From Tubiluchus corallicola (Eukaryota > Animalia > Priapulida): a stretch of 64,000 nucleotides of DNA. The stretch's first letter is position 1. Each line of letters begins with the position of its first letter. The notes under the pieces are model-generated. The model ran no database searches. It was given only the letters and a program-made list of their open reading frames with translations, and was not told the origin of the DNA. The position numbers were made by a program, and so were the translations under genes. Location: NCBI GenBank assembly GCA_030141605.1, contig JAQGDQ010000004.1, forward strand, positions 2,046,001 through 2,110,000, written 5' to 3'. Of the stretch, positions 13,182-49,093 are shown piece after piece.

Positions 13182-13660
13182 TTCAGCTGATGCTGCTGCT
13201 GAAACCTGATCACCTACAACACGAGGGTTGTTGTTGTTTTTATCCACGCAGACTTCCCCTGCAGTTTGCAACGAGCGCCATGTTTGTTTCACTCGCTTGT
13301 TGGCAATATACAGCAGCACGCAAAACTTGCAGTTACGGTCACTGAATACACTCTGCTACAGACCCCAAACTGGTTTATGATTGTGTATACACTTCAAATC
13401 TCTAGTAGCACAACACTTCACTAGTTTAAAGTTTTAATAAAGCTAGTACAGCAGCGCACTAATTCTGCATCTCAAAGCAGGCTTCACCCTGACAAGCTAA
13501 AACGTACCCTTTTAGCAAGCGTTAGCGATCAATATTGGTTGAATATGTAACGCGCAGTTGCACAGGGATTTTCTATCATTCAATACGTATATAATACAGC
13601 CCAGCGACCTTGAGCTGTTTTGGGGTTAATGCACAATGACGATTCCACCTGCCTAGGACC

Positions 13661-13905
13661 TTATATAAGTGTGTACCTACTCTAATTTTGGGCGAACAGC
13701 TGACGTTGTTTACAAACAATCATATGGTGCCGGTTGTGACGTCATTATGACCTTCAGAACACGTGCATTTTTCACGGTTGCACTAGAAATAAACGAGAAT
13801 CGTAACTTTCCAAACCAAGCACGCGAGTAAACTTAACTTGGTTGCGCTGGCTTTAATTCATAACAAAAATTGGAATGAAAAGATCGGCGACGTGGCAGTA
13901 AACAA
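13661..13905 (-). promoter_or_regulatory. Putative PPP1R3 proximal promoter: TATA, FoxO sites, CRE, ERR-type half site, E-box
   Basis: TTATATAA 13661-13668; TTGTTTAC 13706-13713; TGACGTCA 13737-13744; TGACCTTCA 13748-13756; CACGTG 13760-13765; GTAAACAA 13898-13905. Lies ~480-720 bp upstream of the first ATG. Function is inferred only. Confidence 0.5.
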
Positions 13906-14109
13906 AAATTCCATAAAAATAATGTACATGGTTAGCTGACAGAAAGAGAGCGAGGGGGGAGAGCAGAGAGAGCTAAGCCTAGAGGCTGGATCACTTTTTG
14001 GGGTCAATCGTCGTTGTCTGATTAATGTACACCTCAAGCGTTAAACGCTCGTGTTCAAACCCTACAAGCTGTACAATGCGACTTTAAAGCAAAAAGTTTG
14101 CCCAGCTCA

Positions 14110-14290
14110 TTTGAATCGAGGCAATAAAGTCACAGACATTGAAATGGCCACAGGAAAAACGTCAGAGAAAAAAGGCACAGGAAAAAAGAGATAACCTATA
14201 AACCCAATGCTAACCTTAACCACAATTTCCCGTGGTGTTTTCCTATATAAATTGTGAGTTTTTCCGTAATTTCTTTCTTTACTACCGGTC
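14110..14290. mobile_element. Degenerate small MITE with 15-bp GGCACAGGAAAAAA repeats and a CCTAAC-like core
   Basis: Purine-rich repeats on the left, pyrimidine-rich inverse repeats on the right, ending TTTACTACCG. Confidence 0.4.
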
Positions 14291-15091
14291 ACCGCTCATT
14301 CATTGCTTATTTCGTTTCTTAGCAGCAAACGTTACACAAATGACAGTGGTACTTAATTATATACTGAAGCGCATATTCACGATTTTTGATAAACGAATAC
14401 AAACTTATCTTCAACTGTAAGATATAACATCATCTAATAATGAGCAATAATGAATTTGAGATATTAAACCAGTGCACACAGAACACCCTCTAGTTTACTG
14501 TAAATGTAAGTTTTCGTGCGGTTCAAGCTTCATTTTGAAGAATATTGCACAATGTTCATACTACAGAAGGCATTCATTTTTGTCAGCTGCACGAATAAAT
14601 TTCCACTAACAATTCTGTGTGAGACTTAACATATGTAATTACAGCAGAAGTCTTTACAGCTACCGGATTTCCGTTTATCTGCAGTTTAACGGTGAAGCTA
14701 CTGAAATGGACTGCTTGCTGCTGATGTTCCTGCACGGTGTAATTACCGGCGTCATAATTATTGGTCATCAATCTAAGTAATCAAAGTGTTCGCTCGCTAA
14801 AGATAATGCATGTAATGTTTCAGTAAGTTGTGAGGGAGGAACTTGACTATTAAGTTACCATCACCGTTCAAATATTGTGTTTAATAAAATATATTATAAT
14901 ATGACTAAATGAATGAACTATCAGATTCTTATTAAATGAACTTATACAATGAAATTTCGTTTTTAAACAAAACCAGATAAAGGAACTGTAGGAATGGATT
15001 TGTCTTTAGCACATCTAGTACAGAGTTATATTGCTCACGCATCGTACACGTGTTTGGAAAGTAATCATGAACATGCTGCCACGTGCAGTTA

Positions 15092-17498
15092 GGCCCCGCG
15101 TAGACATGCACTTTTCAATTGCACAACTCAAAGTTGCTTAACTGAAAATTGCTGCAATTTTACTAGTGTTCCAATTTTAAATTGTGCAACTGGTGGCATG
15201 GAGCTTGAAGCGCTGCTTGTATTTGTCAATTATTAATTCACAAAAAAACAAAGAGACGCGGGAAATATTGAGCCAACCCAATAACCAGCCAGCGTTTATT
15301 GAAAGAGCAATTTTGCACACTCTATAATGACTTACGCGCTCATCTGAGTAAATTCTTTTGTTATTTCGGATGGGTCCAAATAGGTTTAATGAACTGTTGA
15401 ATATTATTGGACATCACCTATAGGAGCACTGAAAAAAGGCATATCGGCACGCGAACGACTCTCAGTGTCTGTAAGCGATGCACCACTGTTAAGCTTATGT
15501 TGATGTTAAATCATTTCTCTGTGCGAGTTTGTCGTTATACTATTCTGCTTATGCAAAATCTAAACTCGTGTGACAGCTGTGATCTTGCGCACAAAAGAGC
15601 ATAACAATGATAAATGGCATAAGGAATGAAACATCCAGTTTACTGTATGTGCATATATTTACACTAATTTGCAATTTTTATATACTTGTTGCAATACTCG
15701 AAATCTAAATACAATTGACTGCCAATCAATGTCAATCATTTTCGTTGACTGCCCAATCAGCGTGCTACTTATTTGATACACCTGCAGAGCTTAATTAACG
15801 CAGGTACGTTTGGGACATTTATCTACAGCTCCGTCTAACACTGTTATGAAAAATGCTGAACTTTTCATTAGTTAGCTGGAGAACTATTGGCCTGGTTCTA
15901 GATTTTATTATTGTCAATTGAAATTGCAAGTGAATTAGTTGAAACATATAGTCTAATTTTGTTTATGGGAAGAAATACACAACGTTTAAGCGTCGATGAG
16001 TTCATGGTTAAACCATTTTCCAGTTAAGAAAATACGCAGTTTAGTTTAGTTTATGGCTTTGCAAGTTAGATAAAAATATCTATTTGATTAACTTTAAATT
16101 AGGACAAAACAAATATTTTCTTTTCTGGCCAGTTTTTATAAACCCCAATGAGATCTTCACAGTAAAATTTAAGTCAAATGTGGTCAAACTTATATTATAC
16201 ATCAATGTAATATTGGTTAATTTTACGCTATTTTTTGGTTATAATATTGTTAAAAATGCCTTATATAACTCGGGCCTTCAATATAAGAGTCTAGGAATGA
16301 AAGAAAATTTATTCCATTTCCGTAGCCTAACAAACGGAAAAATGCAAAAACTGAATAAATCTTGCTGACGAGCACATGATCAGTTAATATAGAAAAAATT
16401 CATCACCGGCATGGATGATATTCGTATGTTCAAAGGCAAGAGAGACTTAATATTTTTGTTGCTCATTTATTGTAAAGCAAGGCTAACTGGCTTATTTTCT
16501 TCATTATACTTATGTCTCTGCATTTTGCAGTGCTTTGAAACTTTTTCTCTGCATTCGGTTTAAATTGATAAGTCATTTTTCAGCTACTTGAAGTGTTAAT
16601 TTCGTGTAAAAAATAGCTGCAGCTCTGCAAATTTATGTTTCTGAAAAAGTGCAATCAGTATATCTGCTGATTTAGACATTAGTTGTGACTGTCGTGTTGT
16701 TTAGTTTAGTTTACTTCAGTTGAGACAGTTGTTGTTCAGAGAGAGCTGTTGTCCCGAATGCCTCCGAGCGCGCTTACGTTACAGCGGAGGCGGAGCGATA
16801 GACCAACATGTTTGACGTCAAATGTGGCGGGCAGAGGGAAGATACTTGCACTGGGTGTATTTCAAACATTTTATTGTACTTGGAGTTCACAACGCGTTGA
16901 ACCACCTTCAGAATGCCATTTTCCCTTTGATAATGCTTAATAACACTTTTCGTCTGATGCTTTTTAACGCTTAGCTCTGTGTTCTGAATTAAATGAACAA
17001 ATTAAAAAAAACGGCGACTGCAATAGCCACAGCCTGCCTAAAAGTTTTCCCACTAAACGTAAAATTTGCGACATCCACTGAAGCCTTGAAAGCTGTGAAT
17101 ACAGTAATAAGCAGCGGGCAAGAGAAATGTGTTCAGTGCACTGAGACTGACGGAGTACTTTTCTTTTTCAAGACATTGTATTTCGGTCTCAATTTCCTGA
17201 ATTTGTCACCGAATGACTTGACAGATGGTAGCAGAGATGGTAACATTGATTTGTCTCCATTAATTTGTTTTTCTTTTCACTCTCTTGCATGTTTAATAGT
17301 GCCTTTTCATATTCGTAAGACACAGCTTTTTTCTCACGCTTAACTATTGTGTTTTGAATCAAAGTTGCTCAACTAAAAATTGCATGTCTGCGCGTTCTCA
17401 TTGAAAACTACATTACAAAACAATTGCGCAACTAAAAGTTTGAGCCCAGATTGCATTTTTCAATTGCACAACTGAAAATTGCATTTCTGCGCGGGGCC
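15092..17498 (-). mobile_element. PIF/Harbinger-type DNA transposon relic
   Basis: TIRs GGCCCCGCGTAGACATGCA.TTTTCA (15092-) and TGAAAATTGCATTTCTGCGCGGGGCC (-17498). 3-bp TTA TSD at 15089-15091 and 17499-17501. Subterminal TTGCACAACT repeats. Decayed MADF/Myb-SANT-like coding on the minus strand at ~17340-17150. Confidence 0.8.
15713..16845 (-). mobile_element. Non-autonomous DNA element 'A', copy 2, nested in the Harbinger element
   Basis: Reverse complement aligns along 3551-4687. For example, GCTACTTGAAGTGTTAATTTCGTGTAAAAA (~16583) matches TTTTTACACGAAATTAACACTTCAAGTAGC (~3788). Confidence 0.75.
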
Positions 17499-17874
17499 TT
17501 AGATATCATAAAAAATCAAGTTACGTTAGACAGGATGTCTTGTGGTCTTGTACTGCTTTGTAACCCCTAAATTTTGCTTTAATGCCTATTAATTTCGCTG
17601 GTATTATTGCACTCGCGCTGGTAAAACACTGCACTTTATAAATTTAATTAGAGTATAATTAGAGTTTAATTAGAGTATAGAATAAGCCTATAGTAAATTA
17701 CTTACATTGGTTGAACTAATAACAAACTAGCTTAAGCCTGCAACGATTAAATAAGTATAAACGTATACTGTGAATTAGAACCATTTGTGGACTGCACCTA
17801 GTGGAGATGCAAATCCGCGGCACAACTTTGTAAGCTGCTAGCCCGTTTGTGGGACCACTTTCGAAAAGCTGTGT

Positions 17875-18900
<1,026 letters not shown>

Positions 18901-19670
18901 ATTGTTAAAGCACAAGAAACCCTGCACTTACATAAAGCTTAAAAAATTCGTCTTGAAATTTTATATCACTTACGTACTGCCTTTTTGCATGTAGAGCTTA
19001 TGTCGGCAGTAAAGCTGTATAAAACTTGTGAATTTAAACACCCGCGATGACCGTTAGGCGAAGCCATATTGACGACAAGTCATTTGAAACAAGTTTAGAT
19101 AACATTCCGTGAAGTTTAAAAAAAATAACCAGAACATGCGTAGCACACACGTTACTAACTCAGTAAAATTTTAGATTACTGTAACTTGTCAATAAGATTA
19201 AAAATGCGTTTTGGTTATTGAGTGGCGCACCCTGGAGGGCGAGCCAGCGACATTTTACCAATTGGCATGAACATTTTATTATTACTTCTAGTTACGTAAG
19301 TCTTTCTAGCAGGTAAGCGAAATGGTAATTAATATAGATTTGCATGGAAATTTTTTTGGGACATAATTTCACATTGCCTTTTCTTCCCCTGACTTACGTT
19401 AGCGTAAGTAATGTCATGTAATGGCGACTTCGGAACAGCATTGCGGGGGATTTAAAATGGAAACAAACAAAAATTCCTTTTAACACGAGTACGATATACG
19501 CATAAAATTGATGTAAAGTAATATAATTTTTAAGGCGATTTTTCTGAAACCTACTTCAGGTACCCCTTTTGTTGTCCTTTAATTACATAGTTGCTAAGGT
19601 AAAAAACTTCACATCATTATTAGTATAGCAGCTGCTGCCTCTCATATATGTTAATATCTGTTGCCAGGTC

Positions 19671-19701
<31 letters not shown>

Positions 19702-19779
19702 TTTTTCAATCAAACCTGGGTATCAATGCCTTTAGTAAGATGAATAGTAACCTTATTATTAGCATTTACATTAATAGCC

Positions 19780-20100
19780 AAATATGGTAACACAGGCTAG
19801 GTGGCTTTTTCTGGTTATCGAATTCCACAAATAAGAAGTCCGAAGGAAATAACTAAATTTATGAACAGCTCTTCTACATCTAGCAATGTCTAGAGAAAGC
19901 ACTATATACAACGAAACTGTTGGTGCTTTGTAACCAATGATGAGAAGTCCTGAAAGCATCTACCAATAAAGTAGCGATAATACAGTATTCGTGTAGTACC
20001 TGGTCTTCGATAAGTAGGGGACTTAACTTTTCAAGATTGACTTCAGGACCTCAAGGTTTTCAATGTTCTTCAGATCAGACCAAACAACTGACGTTACGAC
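19780..20100 (-). mobile_element. LINE ORF2 C-terminal remnant
   Basis: Minus-strand FSYFLRTSYLWNSI resembles the CR1-type SFFPRT..LWNSLP motif. Confidence 0.5.
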
Positions 20101-21322
20101 TTTGCAGTAAGGTAACAAACTGAGATGCTAGTGTAGACGTGAATGCAGGTATTTTCAAGCAGGGTGTGGGCATCCCACTTATCAGAACACATATCAAGAC
20201 CAAGCAGATGATTATAAGACTGGACAGGAGGAGTAGAAATTTCAACATTATAATAATATACATTCGCAGTGGTAATTTTACTTACGTAATTATTGAAGTA
20301 TGTTATATGACTGGTTTAAATGGTTATAATGTGTAAATACTCTTATTTTTACGCTACTAACAAATTGAAAATTGTACTGCAATGTCGAAATAAATAGTAA
20401 TAATAATAAATTGCATAATGCCAGATATTTCGCTTGGATAACATGTTTTAGCAGATTTAGAACGGCTTAGTGTGATTAGCAATATTAGCGGGTCATAGAC
20501 TACTTAGAATGTGTTGAACAGCATAGGTATAATTGTTTATTCTGTTAGCGTAGTTACCATTACTATTACAGTTTGTAAAGAGCAACCAATTTCGTGGTGC
20601 TTACACGAAGGCTTTACCAAAAGTTAATGGAAAACTAGCACATAAATGAAAACCAATAATAATAATTTAACACCTCACGAAATGGGAGCTCGGTAATATC
20701 GCGCAGTAAGCATTCCATATTCAAATTACAAGTGAAATACATTCAAGTTGTGTTTCAACTACTAAGTAATCCCCTCTACATACTGTGTGATTTCAGTAAG
20801 TCGCAGAACTATTGCATCACGGTGTTACTTTCTTTGAACGTTACATGCATACTTCAAACACAAAATGTGTAAGCTCAAACATAAAATGTAATATATTTGT
20901 AAAAGTTAAAATATCCGTTAATGCTCGCACCTCAGTCAGTGCTCGTGATTTTGACCAAAATTTGCTTAGTATATTAGTTAAAAATAGCTGTTTGCAGATG
21001 GCGATATCAGTCTACATGGGATCATTGGTAGGCTGCAAAAAATATTCTACGTGATGTCATTTTAATATCATTTGCATTTAAATCATTAATACCAATGCAC
21101 TAGTTAGTGTCTAAAAACTGTTTAGAAAAGAGGAACTTGACAATGTATTATGAAAAAGGAGCTTCAATTAAGAAACGAACTGGGTCTGTTCTAGACCTAA
21201 GCTAGATTACATTAATTTGTTAGCTGTTCACGTGCTCTAACACACACTGAATCGCACATAAAATGTAAAACAATTATTTTTTATACAAGATATGTGTTAT
21301 GGCTGAACAGCTTTGACAACTG

Positions 21323-44567
<23,245 letters not shown>

Positions 44568-47500
44568 GTAAGGTCAGGTGTATTAGTTACAAATCTACAT
44601 TTATATATTGCTCAAATGTAATTGTTACACTGAGTTATTATTACATTTGCCTAGCTTAGGTTAGACTGTCTTTCTTTATTGACAATGTAGTTACACATTA
44701 AGACAATTTCCCAGTCGATGTAGTTAAAGGGTTGGTACTACAGCAAATAGTAACCACATACGTTTCCTTTTAACGTCACAGTGCCAATTAAAATATAGTT
44801 AATTAATAGGCTAATAAAATGATAACAAATATAATCACAAAGTATGAACTATTACATGTACTATTAGCTACATATGAATACTATGTTGCTCATACACTTG
44901 CTAGTTTGCCTTTATGCAGACATCTTATAACCTCCGCAACCGCACAACTTTTTCGTGGCTACGGAACTATTTGTATTTCCACGCATAAATGAGGAGATTC
45001 ACTACAGAATTTAAAATTACCAACAGGTCAGTTACATAAATAAGTCTATTCCAGGGAACGCTGTATTCGCCTGTTTCAATTACTATCAAATGAGTCACTG
45101 ATACGCGCTTTATCTTCTACTTGAAATGTTCTTCTTTGCTCCTAGTGATATCAAGCTGTCTGCTTTTCATCCACACAATATATGCAGAAGTTTCTGCTGT
45201 AAAGAACTGTTATTATGATGACGATGACATGCACCGTATAATCTGTGCCAGCCATTGGAAACTGTTTATGAAACTTTTAATGAGACAAGGGGTTATACCA
45301 CATAACCATTGGAACAAGAGTGCAGAAACAAGACCAAATCCATATGGATGTGGCAGTGGCAGTGACAACGGTTGCGTGGTGGAGGGCATAAGTTGTGTTG
45401 ATATACATGTCGTTTGTGACTCATAGCAAGCTTGACTGACACCACGAGGTAAAAGCCAAATATTCCCCATTTTGACGAAAGGCAGCAAAAAAACTTGGCA
45501 AAACATAAATTTTAGAGTAAAAAATGTGCTGATTACCAGTAATAACTATTTAAATAAGTACAATATGATTAGTTTGCATACGAATAGAACTACCAGAATA
45601 CAGTTTTAATGATAATAGAATTAGTGTTTTGTAGATATATATATTATTAAATATATATTACATCGAGTCTGGCCTCGAAGCACAGGCTTTCTTGTTGTAG
45701 AAGACATGCGTTATTTTTGTGGCGTAACTCTGTTGTAGAGAACTTATGGCGATGGCAAAGATATGCGTATAATTATTTGTTCATTCTTTAACTTAAATAA
45801 TTAGAATCTGTTTAAAGTCAATTTAAAGTCTGTATAAAGAATTGTGACTATTTCGTCAGTGTGACAGTGTCATTCTTTATTAATTTGCAAAAGCTCTAAA
45901 ATTTAATTTCACAAATTAAACGGAGTCGAATATGAAGTCAATATAAGAAGTTGAATTTTCATTTTGCGTACGTCAGGCACACATCGTGTACCATCACTGC
46001 GTCACTACTACCATGTCAGTTAATTTGGGTAAAGATGTGTTTTCTTACATTTTCCTTATTTACACAAAAATATCTTGTCACATTTATGCATTTCCTTAAA
46101 AGGCAACTCGCGTTTTCGCGTTTTTAACTTTTCGAGAGAAGTTTGATCTCTTGACATGTTAATCTTAACAGTATCACAATATGACACGTGTGTCTCGGCA
46201 GCTGCAGGTGTCAGTTGCAAATAGATCAACAAAATGCAGCAGCAACAGCAGCAGCATCACTATAGCAGAAAGGCTTCTGTCCGCAAGTTCAATGCAGGCA
46301 GGTCCACAAAATGCAGCAGTAATAGCAGTTTTGACGTAACAGTAGATAGAGACACAAGTGTATAGTGTAGGTGCACAAGTGTTTAAATTTCATGTATATA
46401 TATATATATATATATTATGTGTGTTCTATGAACTTTTAGTTCTAAACAAAATTTTTACTTACTTAGAAGTGCAATAAAGTAGTAAACTCAGTTATATGGT
46501 CTTAAGAGAGTATGGTCTTAACTAGTTAAGTGACTAAAAATGTTTGTTGGCAATTTATAGTGTAAGCAAAAAAAAAATATGCATAGCCAAATTTAAACCT
46601 ACAGGTGCTATATTTTCACATACGTTGACTAGAGTGATTTTACATTAGACTAGCATTATGAAAATGAAACACAGTATACCCATTTCTACTGCTTCCATGT
46701 GTCATTCAACCTGAAACTCTAACATTAACTAAAATAGTTTTGTAGAAAATGAAAACTATACGTGCGACTTATCTTAATTTATTTGATCCTAATCTGATTT
46801 ATCTGCATTTGCTATTGCTGCTAGATGGCAACATAAACATACAACCCTACAACTTCAGTACAATATCAAAATCAATACTGCGGGCTTTAAGCGCAGCAAG
46901 AATCAGTGAGAAATTGTTTCTGAAAGCAAACTCATATTTGTTATTATAAAAACTCTGAATATGCTCTACTGCTTTGTACACAAACGCGCGCGCGCACACG
47001 CACATGCACCTTTTCACCCTTTCGCAAACACTGTTCACAACGCTTCAATGCAGGACAGTGTAATATACCATGCAAAGCAACACAATAAAATAAAATACGA
47101 TGCAGCAGTAACTTAGAATGCAATGCATAACAATACTATACAATGTGTGCAGACTCAGTGCTATAAGCAGTTTTAAAAATTGTGAACTCAAGTCTGTTAA
47201 AGATGAGCACTGGAGAGAAATACTGTTATGCCTAATAAATACATAATAATAAACATTCCAGAGTAAAACTACTATACCACATTACGGAGATACCGACTTC
47301 GACTGTGATACTAAAATAATGTCAGTACCTGCAGCTCCGCGAAGAATCATTTTTTGCAATTTCCGACAGAACAATTAATGATGAGTAAAAACTATTGTTC
47401 TAACATTGCGTAACACCGAAATTGTTTGCTTTAAATCTACACTGTTTCTCTGTGCATACTTGTTTGCTTATCTGCTTCCCCGTGAGGTAAATACATATGT

Positions 47501-49093
47501 GTGTGACAAACCATCTATTATTTACGATATTTATGTTTACTTGTTTGTCACCTTTTCACTTCACAGTCAAGTTCTTATTAGTGATAGCTGTAGCACATGC
47601 TAGTGTAATTTGCTTGCATTATAGTAGTCACTATAGTAGTATTGTATAGTTAGCATAATTAGTGTAGTAGTGTAGGAGTATTTCAAATGTGTGAAACCCG
47701 TACAAGTATGAAGTGTACATGATACATACTTTACAGCTACGGCCTGAGACGTGCAACCTGGCAGTCAGTCGGCTGTTATTGAAAGGCTTAGGTCACGTAA
47801 AATGACCATCGTCTGATCTTTCACGTCTGTGAAAAGACAGCCAGAAATGTCGGTTAGCATTGTCGATGTTATAGTGCAGTAGACGTCACTATTTCTTCTG
47901 TCAACAGCCATTGTTTACAGTGCTTGGGTACGAGTACGTTGCTTTGGTTTGATGAGGTGGTTACCGTTACCGTCATTGTCCGAGGATTCAAACCTGAAGT
48001 CACGCTAAAGTTTATGGTGGACAGTCCATTGTTGGTGGAGAAAACCATAGTTGGTGAATCCATGGATGTTACCCCAAAGGTTAGCAACTGCCGTTTCACA
48101 TGATGTTCATGGAGTGTCTGGTAAGCCAAGACTTTTGTACTTTTTCTCAGCGTTTGCTAGCTAGCATAATTCCGTTTGTATATGGTCATCGTTGGATTGC
48201 CGTCATCGAGGGTGCGTCATCATTTGCACTTGCTGCCCCCACTAACACCTCCCCTCTCTATTATTAGACTAGAGAATATATTTGCTTATTTGCTGCACTG
48301 TGATTGATTGTTATTGTTAACTATTTCTTTTCTCCTGGTTAAAAATCTGTTAAAGTAGTAATCAATTAAATTTTGTTATATACCGCTTAATAGTTGGTTT
48401 GGTATTCTATCTACCATCGAATATTACTAGCTCAATAAGACTCCTAGGCCCGGGTTCCGCGTGCCCCCGTATGAAACAGCAAAGCCTTAGGCGGACTCCA
48501 GGATTCTAGTAGTAAATTATCTAACACTATAGAACCCAAGAACTACGAGTTACACCTCGTTTATAGGGCGGTCATAACTGCTTTTCATGACATTAAGAAT
48601 CAGAGTACGTTACCTGTAGACATGGCGTCACAATGTGCTACCAATAGTAAGTCAGTATCTACATGTTGGTTGATATTAGGACAAATTGAGCACTGGTATG
48701 ACACACGAGATAAATCATACAAGAGATGAGCATACATCGATGTAGTTTTGGTAAGTTTAATATAGCGCCTACATGGATTCCTGTTTTTGACTAACACATT
48801 AGAAACCGGTGAACTTGGTGGTCACTAACCACGGTGGATTAACACACTCAAGTGGATGACAAGCTGAATAGGCACGTATAAGCACCAACATCATAAAATT
48901 ACATCTTCCTGATGCTGAAGTACCTGGTTAACCATTTTGGTATGCTGGCTGTTTATTTATTTCACCGCTCGTCTGATGCACTGCAAAATGAAAAAAACAG
49001 GCTTATCCATAATTGTGCTAACTTCTGGCGCTGCTCGGTATTTTAATGAAATTGCTTCATTGACATTGCACGATATTGCTGAGTTTATTATAC

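Noticed and set aside
12196-13345. Plus-strand ORFs overlapping PPP1R3
   Set aside because: Antisense shadows of a real CDS with no recognisable motifs.
45121-45426. Signal-peptide-like, Cys-containing 101-aa ORF upstream of RFX6
   Set aside because: Starts at TTG with an in-frame stop shortly upstream and no ATG before the hydrophobic stretch. No splice support or family motif.
47869-48270. GC-richer stretch with an 86-aa ORF as an extra MCT exon or separate gene
   Set aside because: No ATG start, stops in all frames near the candidate acceptor, and no recognisable domain. Probably a repeat relic or UTR.
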